Positions 19,279 to 27,993 of a DNA stretch of 32,000 bases are shown one piece after another. Source of the DNA: Promethearchaeia archaeon (GTDB lineage Archaea; Asgardarchaeota; Lokiarchaeia; Sigyniarchaeales; SOKP01); the NCBI GenBank assembly GCA_046497275.1, contig JAWOFX010000054.1, positions 1 to 32,000 of the forward strand. The letters run 5' to 3'. Numbering within the stretch: the first letter of the stretch is position 1; each line of letters starts with the position of its first letter. The notes beneath the pieces were generated by a model. That model had not been told where the DNA came from. It made no database searches and worked only from the letters and a program-made list of their open reading frames with translations. The position numbers and the translations under genes are program-made.

Positions 19279-20310
19279 ATGAATAAACAATCAGAAAAGA
19301 TGATAGAAGGATATTTAAAAGAAGTTAAGGAAAAGCTGCCTGAATGGTTAAAAGATGATAAAGATGAATTGAATGGAGTTCTAGCAGAACTAGAAGATCA
19401 TATTAGGAATAAAGCAATGGAAGTATCTAAGTCAGAAGAACTTTCAGAAGAATCAGTAGAATACGCTTTATCTTCTATGGGAAATCCGAGCAAAATTGCA
19501 AGAGAATATAAAAAGAGAGGGACTCCCTATGTATATATTACCAAAGAATTATGGCCAACCTATAAGAATGTGGTGTTAATCGTTTTTACAGTGCTTGCTA
19601 GTGTATTCACATTTACTTTTATCTTGAATTTAATCTCGGGAAATTTCAAAGATGCGTTCAATTTTGCGGGATATATGTTAGGATTTTTTGCTTCCTTTAC
19701 TATAATAACTGCAATTTTTGTTGCTTTATCAATGGAAGGATACTTACCGGAGGATTTTATATCTAAAGAGGAGAAGGAGAAAAAGGAAAAGGAATTGAAA
19801 AAAGCAGAAGAAATGGGAATGCCAATATCTCCTAAAACTGGTAAGCCTATGAAACCATTTGTAAATAAATGGGAAAAATTAATAGGTGGAGCGATTGGTG
19901 CAATAATTGGAATTATTCTAATAGTTCAACCAGTTTCAGGATTCTTTGGGTTAATGGATGCTGAATTTCGATTTTATTTATTAATAATTGGTGTGCTTTC
20001 ATTAATCGATGCTTTTACTACAATAGTGAGAGGAGTTTTAGGAAATACTCGTGTAGAAATTCATCAAGCGATACAAATCTTTACAATTGTTCTAAAATTA
20101 ATAGGAATTCCTATTCTTATATTGATACTTCTACAACCGGAAATTGTGCCAATTATTTATTGGAATGGATCTACATTCATCAACGTGGGAATACCAATTG
20201 ATTTCTACGATTCTTTCAGAATTACTTTAGGCATCTTAACAACCATATTCAGTATTTCTATAGCAGCAAATGTTTATGAGACTGTTAAATTAGAACGATA
20301 TAAATTATAA
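19279..20310 (+). CDS. Multi-pass membrane protein with N-terminal HAAS-like (PadR-associated) helical domain
   Basis: IEGYLKEV...ELEDHIR...LSSMGNPSKIAREY is the HAAS/DUF1700-type signature, followed by about 5-6 TM helices. The gene starts 4 nt after the padR stop. Confidence 0.75.
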   Translation: MNKQSEKMIEGYLKEVKEKLPEWLKDDKDELNGVLAELEDHIRNKAMEVSKSEELSEESVEYALSSMGNPSKIAREYKKRGTPYVYITKELWPTYKNVVLIVFTVLASVFTFTFILNLISGNFKDAFNFAGYMLGFFASFTIITAIFVALSMEGYLPEDFISKEEKEKKEKELKKAEEMGMPISPKTGKPMKPFVNKWEKLIGGAIGAIIGIILIVQPVSGFFGLMDAEFRFYLLIIGVLSLIDAFTTIVRGVLGNTRVEIHQAIQIFTIVLKLIGIPILILILLQPEIVPIIYWNGSTFINVGIPIDFYDSFRITLGILTTIFSISIAANVYETVKLERYKL

Positions 20311-20317
20311 AACAATA

Positions 20318-20350
20318 TTTATTTTTTTTTATTTTTTTATTTTATTTTTT
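20318..20350 (+). terminator. T-tract intrinsic terminator after the padR-HAAS operon
   Basis: Runs of T7-T9 immediately after the stop at 20310. Confidence 0.5.
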
Positions 20351-20446
20351 AGGTTATATAGTACTAATACTTTTTAATTAGAATTTTAAAAAACCTTTCT
20401 TTTAGTAAGAATATTATTTTAACAATATTTTAAAATTAATTAATCA

Positions 20447-21270
20447 ATGAAGGAAATTTTAAAAGAGAAAGAAGTAGTTAATAATACACCTCATCCTAAC
20501 ACAAAAAATTCATTAAAAAGAGATCTAAAAAGATTAGGATTAATTAAGGAAGATATCATAATTTTACATACTTCCTTAAGTAAAATTGGATGGACTATAG
20601 GTGGATCTGTAACTGCTATTAATGCTCTGATGGAAGTTTTAACATTAAATGGAGCAATTGTAATGCCGACCTTTACCTCTGATAATAGTGAACCATCGAG
20701 ATGGGAAAATCCTTCTGTTCCCCAAGATTGGTGGCCTTCAATAAGAAAACACATGCCCCCATATAATCTAGAATATATACTCCAACGAGAGGTGTTGGGA
20801 GAATTCCAGAAGTTTTTAGAAAATTCCCAAATGTAATTAGGAGTGATCATCCAATTTCTTCTTTTGCTGCGTGGGGTAAACATGCGAAAGAAATAATTGA
20901 GAATCACAAGCTTGAAGCCGATTTAGGAGAAGGATCACCACTTTCCAAAATTTATGAGTTAAATGGAAAAATCTTATTATTGGGTGTTGGTCATTCTAAT
21001 AATACGTCCCTTCATCTTGCAGAATATAGAAGTAACTATAATGGAAAAGAATTTAGAGATACAGGTTCGGCCATGAATGTTGATAATAAACGAAAATGGG
21101 TGATATGGAGGGAGTTAAATCATAATAGTGATGATTTTAATAAGATTGGGAACGATTATGAACGGAAAATAGGGTATATACCTAAGAAAGTTGGATTAGC
21201 AACCTCAAGATTGTTAAATCAGAGAGATTTAATTGATTTTGCTGTGGAATGGATGAGAAAAAATCGATAA
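20447..21270 (+). pseudogene. AAC(3)/YokD-like N-acetyltransferase interrupted by a frameshift
   Basis: ORF 20447 gives [26 protein letters not shown]. From 20779 another frame reads [33 protein letters not shown]...[31 protein letters not shown], continuing into ORF 20980-21270. The shift lies in TATATA at 20774-20779. Confidence 0.88.
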
Positions 21271-21566
21271 AATTGGTTTAAATTAACTTTTTAAATTAAT
21301 TATTTAATCGATATTTATTAGTGGTTTTTTACAAATAATTGATCTATTTTTATTAGTATTCAAAAAATATTGAATTGAAAATTTCAATTTCCATTATTAT
21401 CAAGTAAACTTTTATAAATTAAAAAAAAGAATTTAGATTTGTCAAAAAAACTTAATGGAAAATTTAGAAATCTTATTATTCAGTAATAAAATTCAACTGG
21501 ATATGATATTTTCTAAAATTTTTTTGAGATTTAATTAAAATTTAATAAAAATTGGAGGTAAATTTA

Positions 21567-23717
21567 ATGTCGAAACCTGATAGAGAAATTGGAAATTTTA
21601 CTTTAAAAGCAATTGCACTTGATACTGGAGGGACTATGACGGATGCATTTATTATTGATGATAAAGGGAATTTTTCAGTAGGGAAAGCGGTTACCACTCC
21701 AGAAGAAGAATCTAAAGGTATATTAAACTCTATTAATGATTCTTTAATTCCTTGGAAAATTACCATTGATCAAGCTGGTGGGGGTGTTGATGCATTGGTA
21801 TATTCAGGTACAGCTATGTTGAACCGTTTATTAGAAAGAGAAGGAAATTCTAATATTGGAGTTATAATAAATGCAGGTTTTGAAGATTTACATAGATTAG
21901 GAAGAGCTCTTCAGTGTTGGATATGGCTTGATTATGGAGGACGTCTACATGCTCGTGAACATGAACATCCTGAACCTCTAATATCTCATAAGAATATCAA
22001 AGGTGTGAGAGGGCGAATTAATTTTTGGGGTGAAGAACTCATTCCCTTATATAAAGACGAAGCAGAAAGGGCTGTGAATGAATTATTAGATATGGGAGTT
22101 GATAGTATATGTGTATGTTTATTGTGTTCTTATATGAATCCTCGACAAGAAAAGGCAGTCGCGAGAATCGCTAAAAAAGCAATGAAAAAACGAGATATTG
22201 ATATACCTATAGTCTTATCTAGTGAGCATAATCCGGTAAGAGGAGAAACCCCTCGATTGAACGCATTAATAATTGAACAATATGCTGCTGAGCCTTCTCG
22301 AGCTCAAATGATTGATATTGCAGAAAAGCTTAAAAATAAGGGAGTAACAGCACCATTAAGGATATTAACTTCATATGGAGGAACGATTTCTCCTTATCAT
22401 AAAACTCTTATTCCTACAATGGTTTCAGGACCAATAGGAGGGATGATTGGGACAAAGTTTCTCGCTGAGACCTATAATATTACTAATTTAGTTTCTTCAG
22501 ATGTGGGTGGAACAAGCTTCGATGTAGGTATTTTAAGTCAACGATATATACCTACTAAATGGGAATCTAGTCTAGGAAGATTTATATTAAATATTCCAAT
22601 GATCGCATTAGATTCAATTGGAGCAGGTACGGGAATGTATGTAAGATATAATGATATTTCAGGCAGATTAGAATTTGGACCTGAAAGCGCTGGTCATTTA
22701 ATAGGTGTATGTAATGAGAATTCAGGAGTAGAAATTGTTACAATGACAGATTGTAGTTTAATTTTAGGCTATATAAATCCAGAATACTTTTTAGGGGGTA
22801 GAATTAAATTAAATAAAGAGAGAGCCTATGAATACATTGAAGAGCAGCTAGCAGAGCCTTTAAATGCTGATGCATATAGTACTGCACGAGGTTCTTTAGA
22901 TTTAATCGAAATTAATATGAGAAACCACCTTAATGGAATGATTCAAGGATTAGGGTTTAGACCAGAAAATTATACTTTAGTATCTTTCGGAGGAGGGGGA
23001 CCATTACATGTGGCAGGATATGCAAGTGGTCTGAAATTTGAAAATATAATGATACCAGAATGGGCTCCTGCATTTAGTGCATTTGGCTGTGCGTGTGCCG
23101 ATCATTCTTACCGTCATGAAAAATCCGTTGATTTAATAATCACTCCTTCAGGAGATCTAAATGCTGCTGTCGCGATGATGCTTAATGCTACATGGTCAGA
23201 ACTCAAGAAAGATATTATAAAGGAATTTAAAAAAGAAGGAAGGGATCCAGAGGAGATGGTATTTCAACCGTCCTTACGGATTCAATACTTAGGTATGTTA
23301 GATGATTTAGAGGTTGAATCTCCTTTTGAGGTTGTTAAAGAAGAAGATCTATCAGTCCTTACAAAAAAATATGATGATCTTTTCGAACAAATATTTAGAA
23401 GAGGTACCAAAAGCCCAGAACTGGGTTATCATATAACCAAAGCTGTTGCAACAGGCATAGTTCCTGTACCCAAACCTAAACTACCAGATGATCAAGAGAT
23501 GGGTAAAACTCCTCCTGAAAAAGCATCGAAAGGATATAGGGATATCTTTTGGGAAGGAGGATGGCATGAGGCTTCCCTTTGGGAAATGAGTCTGCTGCAG
23601 TGTGGTAATATAATTGATGGTCCATCAGTTATTGAAGCACCTGCTACTACCCTTCTTGTGCCTCCAGGATACCGTGTTAAACTAGATAATCATAGAATTT
23701 TTCATATGGAGGTGTGA
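21567..23717 (+). CDS. acxA: Acetone carboxylase-like beta subunit (hydantoinase A/oxoprolinase family, ATP-binding)
   Basis: DTGGTMTD, SGPIGG, SDVGGTSFDVG, GAGTG, FGGGGPLH, IDGPSVIEAPATT. ATG 21567 lies behind GGAGGT (21554-21559). Confidence 0.85.
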   Translation: MSKPDREIGNFTLKAIALDTGGTMTDAFIIDDKGNFSVGKAVTTPEEESKGILNSINDSLIPWKITIDQAGGGVDALVYSGTAMLNRLLEREGNSNIGVIINAGFEDLHRLGRALQCWIWLDYGGRLHAREHEHPEPLISHKNIKGVRGRINFWGEELIPLYKDEAERAVNELLDMGVDSICVCLLCSYMNPRQEKAVARIAKKAMKKRDIDIPIVLSSEHNPVRGETPRLNALIIEQYAAEPSRAQMIDIAEKLKNKGVTAPLRILTSYGGTISPYHKTLIPTMVSGPIGGMIGTKFLAETYNITNLVSSDVGGTSFDVGILSQRYIPTKWESSLGRFILNIPMIALDSIGAGTGMYVRYNDISGRLEFGPESAGHLIGVCNENSGVEIVTMTDCSLILGYINPEYFLGGRIKLNKERAYEYIEEQLAEPLNADAYSTARGSLDLIEINMRNHLNGMIQGLGFRPENYTLVSFGGGGPLHVAGYASGLKFENIMIPEWAPAFSAFGCACADHSYRHEKSVDLIITPSGDLNAAVAMMLNATWSELKKDIIKEFKKEGRDPEEMVFQPSLRIQYLGMLDDLEVESPFEVVKEEDLSVLTKKYDDLFEQIFRRGTKSPELGYHITKAVATGIVPVPKPKLPDDQEMGKTPPEKASKGYRDIFWEGGWHEASLWEMSLLQCGNIIDGPSVIEAPATTLLVPPGYRVKLDNHRIFHMEV

Positions 23718-23719
23718 AA

Positions 23720-25936
23720 ATGGATAAAAACGAAATTGGTTGGGATGGAAAAAGCTTAATAGAAATGTTTGAAGAAAGTGAAAAATTAATCAATGAAACG
23801 GGAAAATATTATGGCATAGATATATTAAGTTTGAAAGAGAGGAACCCATTTAGATATGAGAGATCATATGCGAGCTTAAGGGGTGCGTTAGTGTCTGCAA
23901 GGGAGACAGCATTACATATTGCTGCTTCGCCTATTGTGAAAGAAATTGGTGAATTATGTTTTGCTTTATATACTCCAGAAGGCGACTCCATAGTAGTTTC
24001 AACGGGTATACTCGTTCACGTTCATACTATGAGTGAAGCGATAAAATTTATGATACAACAGGATTATGAAGATGACCCTGGGATAAATCCCGGAGATATT
24101 TTTTTAAATAATGATCCAGAATGCGGAAATGTTCATACTACAGATGTACAAACTATCATACCCATTTTCTGGAGGGATGAATTAATTGGATGGGCTGGTG
24201 GGGTCACACATCAAATCGATTCAGGGGGTATTACTCCGGGTCATGATCTAGTTGCAGCAATTCAAAGATTTGATGATGGAGTATATTATACGTGCCGAAA
24301 AATTGGATCAAATGATAAAATTTGGAAAGATCATATGATCAATGCTCGCCGATCGGTAAGAACACCATTATACTGGGAACTTGATGAGAAATGCAGATTA
24401 GCCGGTAATCTTATGATTAGAGATGCAGTACTAGATTTTATAGAGAAAGAAGGAATTGATTATTATAAACAGTTTATAAGAGAAGCAATTGAAGAAGGAA
24501 GAAGAATCGTCTTAAAAAGAGTAAAAGAGCGATTAATACCCGGTAGATATCGAGCAGCATCTTTTTTTGATGTACCATTCAAAGAAGAAGCGTGGCAACC
24601 TAAAGCTAAAGTAGATAAAGTAACAAATGAGCCAATTGAAATAATTATTGATAAAGATGGCAGACTTTCAATAGATTTTGAAGGGGCTAGTGGACCAGGT
24701 CCAAATCCTATGAATTGTGGAAAAGGAGCAATGGAAGGAGGTCAATGGGTTTTACTAACTCAAATATTAATTTACGGAGATAAAGTTAATGATGGAGCAT
24801 ATTTTGCAGTTGAAAAAAATTATCCCTTAGGAACTTGGTGTAATCCAGGCGATCCATATTTAAGTTATCAAAGCCCTTGGGGAAATCTTATTCCAGCCTA
24901 TACTGGGATGATGAAATGCCTTTCTTTTGGATTATACTCTCGTGGATATCGTGAAGAGGTTGTCCCAGGGTATGGATTTACGGGTGATGCTATACAAGGC
25001 GGTGGGATTTACTCGAGTGGGCCATTAAAGGGAGATAGATGGGCTTTATCTACTTTTGAGATTAGTGGGCAAGGTCTAGGTGCTAGTGCTGTGAGAGATG
25101 GGCTGGACTGGGGATATGCGATGTGGAATCCTGAATCAGATTTAGGAGATGTTGAAACATGGGAGTTATTTCAAGGAGGGATTCCTTATTTATCTCGAAA
25201 AGTAAAGCCTAACACGGCGGGACATGGTAAATATAGAGGTGGGGCAAATTATGCTGGTGTAGCGATGATTGCAAATTCAGAAGATGTGGACTTTTTTGGA
25301 GCGCGAGAGGGAATGGTATTCCATGGATCAGGAGGAATGCATGGCGGTTATCCCCATGGAACAGGATATAGATTAATTGCTAAAAACACAAATTTTAAAG
25401 AAATTATTGATAACCAAGAAGAATATCCTTTAGGAGATCCGGATCCAAGTAACGGTGAATTTGAAAGATTATTAAAAGGTGATATCATTAGAAAACCTTA
25501 TTCTTCAATATACCCTGTGACATTAGAAAATTATGACTTAGTTCACTATGCTTTAAGTGGAGGACCTGGATATGGTGATCCTTTGGAAAGACGTCTTGAT
25601 AAGGTACGACAAGATTTGAATGATGGAATATATACTGATGATATTGTTTATAATGTCTATGGGGTAAAAGCGGGATATAATGAACATGAAAAAAGCTGGA
25701 GTATTAATGATGAGAAAACAGAACAAAGACGTGAGGATTTGAGAAATGAACGAAAAGAGAGATCAATGACCTATGAAGAATTTTGGAAGTATGAAAGAGA
25801 TAAGATAACAGAAAACAAATTGACTGAACCGGTAAAAAGAATGTATTCTGAGAGTTTAAACCTTTCAGAAAAATGGAAAAGATTATTCATCGAATATTGG
25901 GAATTACCAGAAGATTTCAAATTGGAGGTGAAATGA
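23720..25936 (+). CDS. acxB: Acetone carboxylase-like alpha subunit (hydantoinase B family, metal-binding)
   Basis: ASPIVKEIGELCFALYTPEGDS, NNDP..GNVHTTD (HxxD), GGVTHQIDSG, GHGKYRGG, GGPGYGDPLER. ATG 23720 lies behind GGAGGTG. Confidence 0.88.
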   Translation: MDKNEIGWDGKSLIEMFEESEKLINETGKYYGIDILSLKERNPFRYERSYASLRGALVSARETALHIAASPIVKEIGELCFALYTPEGDSIVVSTGILVHVHTMSEAIKFMIQQDYEDDPGINPGDIFLNNDPECGNVHTTDVQTIIPIFWRDELIGWAGGVTHQIDSGGITPGHDLVAAIQRFDDGVYYTCRKIGSNDKIWKDHMINARRSVRTPLYWELDEKCRLAGNLMIRDAVLDFIEKEGIDYYKQFIREAIEEGRRIVLKRVKERLIPGRYRAASFFDVPFKEEAWQPKAKVDKVTNEPIEIIIDKDGRLSIDFEGASGPGPNPMNCGKGAMEGGQWVLLTQILIYGDKVNDGAYFAVEKNYPLGTWCNPGDPYLSYQSPWGNLIPAYTGMMKCLSFGLYSRGYREEVVPGYGFTGDAIQGGGIYSSGPLKGDRWALSTFEISGQGLGASAVRDGLDWGYAMWNPESDLGDVETWELFQGGIPYLSRKVKPNTAGHGKYRGGANYAGVAMIANSEDVDFFGAREGMVFHGSGGMHGGYPHGTGYRLIAKNTNFKEIIDNQEEYPLGDPDPSNGEFERLLKGDIIRKPYSSIYPVTLENYDLVHYALSGGPGYGDPLERRLDKVRQDLNDGIYTDDIVYNVYGVKAGYNEHEKSWSINDEKTEQRREDLRNERKERSMTYEEFWKYERDKITENKLTEPVKRMYSESLNLSEKWKRLFIEYWELPEDFKLEVK

Positions 25937-25937
25937 A

Positions 25938-26435
25938 TTGCCGAAATATGATAAAAGAACATTAGAGAGATTGATCGAAGGTGATTTAAAATGGGAAGAA
26001 TTAAAACCTATTATTTCAGGGGATAAGGATACAAATAGATTTGATATGATCTTAGAAATACTTCAAGAAAAAGTTCCGTGGGAAGAAAAAATCATTTTAC
26101 CGCTTCATGAACACCTTTATATTGTAGCGAAAGATGGTAATAGGATTGTTAAATGTGATTGCGGATATGAATTTGGAGATTACAAGGAAAATTGGAAGAA
26201 AAAATGCCGAATCCATGTCAGAGATAAGATTGAAGATATAGAAGAACTCTATCCAAAAGATATGGGGTGCGATCCAGATTGGATGGAAATTAGAGAATAT
26301 TATTGTCCGGGATGTTTCACTTTATTAGAGGCAGAAAGCGTCCCTCCAGGATATCCTTTAGTTTTCAACTTCTTACCAGAAATAGATGTGTTTTATAAAG
26401 AATGTTTAGGAAAAAAGGCTCCAGATAAAGAATAA
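25938..26435 (+). CDS. acxC: Acetone carboxylase gamma subunit
   Basis: LPLHEHLYIV...KCDCGYEFGDYKENWK...IREYYCPGCFTLLEAESVPPGYP.VFNFLPEID, with two Cys pairs for Zn. TTG start behind GGAGGTGA (25924-25931). Confidence 0.9.
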   Translation: MPKYDKRTLERLIEGDLKWEELKPIISGDKDTNRFDMILEILQEKVPWEEKIILPLHEHLYIVAKDGNRIVKCDCGYEFGDYKENWKKKCRIHVRDKIEDIEELYPKDMGCDPDWMEIREYYCPGCFTLLEAESVPPGYPLVFNFLPEIDVFYKECLGKKAPDKE

Positions 26436-26454
26436 TAAACAAATTAATATTAAC

Positions 26455-26479
26455 TTCTTTTTTTATTTTATTTTATTTT
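26455..26479 (+). terminator. T-tract terminator after the acx operon
   Basis: TTCTTTTTTTATTTTATTTTATTTT directly after the acxC stop. Confidence 0.5.
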
Positions 26480-26498
26480 GAAGAATCTTTAAAAAATT

Positions 26499-26770
26499 TT
26501 AGAAATTTAATTCATATTGCTTTTTCTCATCATAAATACTTTTTAATTTAACCTTTTTCAATCGTTTTAATATTTCTCGTTGATTATCTTTTTTATCAAA
26601 TATTTTTGGAATATTTTTCCTAAACTCATGATATTGCCATAGGCTATTTGATGAAAAAAATCATCCTCTTCAAAATTAAGTGCGAAAATATTTGCTATTC
26701 CTTCGATCGCCTTTTGTATATCTTTTATCGATTTAATAGGATCAATGACTTTTTTAATATTGCTTCGACA
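26499..26770 (-). pseudogene. Frameshifted paralog of the 93-aa hypothetical protein at 27994-28275 (not in ORF track)
   Basis: Manual translation IKSIKDIQKAIEGIANIFALNFEEDDFFHQIAYGNIMSLGK / NIPKIFDKKDNQREILKRLKKVKL aligns without gaps to the 27994-28275 protein (36/65 identical by hand). One A is missing in the run at 26614-26618, and there is no in-frame ATG. Confidence 0.85.
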
Positions 26771-26784
26771 ATCAGTTTAAATTA

Positions 26785-26921
26785 ATATATAAATGTTCTC
26801 AATGCGGAAGTTTTCAAAAAATCTTACTCGATACCAATCTTGCATCTGGGAAATAAAGAATTTCAAATGTTCAAAATGCGGCGGAACAACAGTAATTCTA
26901 AAAGATTTTAAAATTGCCTAA
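26785..26921 (+). pseudogene. Possible degenerate small zinc-ribbon gene (CxxC...CxxC) split by a 1-nt frameshift
   Basis: IYKCSQCGSFQK in one frame and NLTRYQSCIWEIKNFKCSKCGGTTVILKDFKIA* in another; they join if the A6 run at 26816-26821 had one more A. No start codon seen. Confidence 0.35.
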
Positions 26922-26998
26922 AAATCTTCTAATTTTTAGCCTTTTTTTTTTATGGAATTTGCCAAAATTTATATTAGGTTGGTTTTATATTCCTATCG

Positions 26999-27595
26999 TT
27001 GAAAATGTTTAGAAAAGGAAAAGAACTTGTAAAAAAATTGAAAGAAGCAGAAAAAAATTTGGAAAAATATCGTATTAAACATACCGTAGAAAAGGCAAAA
27101 AACCTAAATTTATCTTTTAAATTAGAACCTTTCTCTAAATACAAACTTCGGGTATACGGAGAGAATAGCATAGGTAAAGCCTTAACCTCTGGGGGTGTAG
27201 GAGCGGAGAAAGTTGTAAGCGTAGAACCTATTTATGTTGTAGGGGAATTCACTATTTGGGTGGATGGAAAAAAATACGATACCTTTAAATTTAATAAATC
27301 AGGAACTAGTTCTGAATTAACTCGTACAGTAATTCAAGGCTCAAAACTATATGATTTTAAACCCACAGAAGAAACTGAGATAACCATCGAGGGTACTAGG
27401 TATAAAGGAAAACATCTTGGCGTCGAGATATTTAAAGACATTCCAGAACACATAGAATTGGACGTAGAGGAAGAAATGGAGCAAGCAAAAGATTATACGA
27501 AAAACCTTATGCGTCAACTGAAGATACTACTTACTATTGCGGCAATCGTTCTTACTGGCTTGATTGTTACCTTTATAATTCTCATAGCAATTTAG
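26999..27595 (+). CDS. Hypothetical tail-anchored membrane protein
   Basis: 198 aa, soluble beta-rich core with a single hydrophobic helix at the extreme C-terminus. The ATG at 27005 is an alternative start. Confidence 0.65.
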   Translation: MKMFRKGKELVKKLKEAEKNLEKYRIKHTVEKAKNLNLSFKLEPFSKYKLRVYGENSIGKALTSGGVGAEKVVSVEPIYVVGEFTIWVDGKKYDTFKFNKSGTSSELTRTVIQGSKLYDFKPTEETEITIEGTRYKGKHLGVEIFKDIPEHIELDVEEEMEQAKDYTKNLMRQLKILLTIAAIVLTGLIVTFIILIAI

Positions 27596-27790
27596 ATTTT
27601 GGAATAATGATCTAAGATCTTATCTTTTTTTTTGATTCTTTTATACCTCAGAAATAAGATATATCTTAGTTCCAATCTTTAGAATTTATCATAGAAAAAA
27701 ATAAACTAATTTCTCCATTATTATAAATGTAAAATCTTTGAAAAAATTGAAACTTTGAAGTTATGAGAAAATCTAACCATACGAATTACA

Positions 27791-27862
27791 GTTTTCAACC
27801 TCTTGCCTGAGATAGATGTATTTTATGAAGATTGTTTAGGAAAGAAAGCTCCAGACAGATAA
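27791..27862 (+). pseudogene. Remnant 3' end of a second acxC copy
   Basis: Translates VFNLLPEIDVFYEDCLGKKAPDR* versus acxC VFNFLPEIDVFYKECLGKKAPDKE* (26361-26435). 58/69 nt identical. There is an in-frame TGA at 27764-27766 upstream and no start. Confidence 0.92.
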
Positions 27863-27993
27863 TTTATAAATAATTATTAATTCATTATTTTCTTTTTTTT
27901 ACCTTAAGATATATCATTATATCGAACATCCAAAGAAGAAGTAGAAATTATTTCCAATTTTTATTTATTATTATTTGAAAGAAACGAATAATA

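Noticed and set aside
20491-20907. 138-aa minus-strand ORF
   Set aside because: Antisense shadow of the frameshifted AAC(3)-like gene; no motifs.
20447-21270. Clinical-type aminoglycoside resistance gene
   Set aside because: The family includes many chromosomal YokD-like enzymes of unknown substrate; there is no mobile context and the gene is frameshifted.
21552-23717. Generic hydantoinase/5-oxoprolinase annotation
   Set aside because: The adjacent gamma subunit and AcxB-type motifs favour the acetone carboxylase clade.
26361-27862. Direct repeats as att sites or target-site duplication of an integrated element
   Set aside because: The repeats differ at 11/69 nt with a synonymous bias, and no integrase or transposase lies between them; a relic paralog explains them better.
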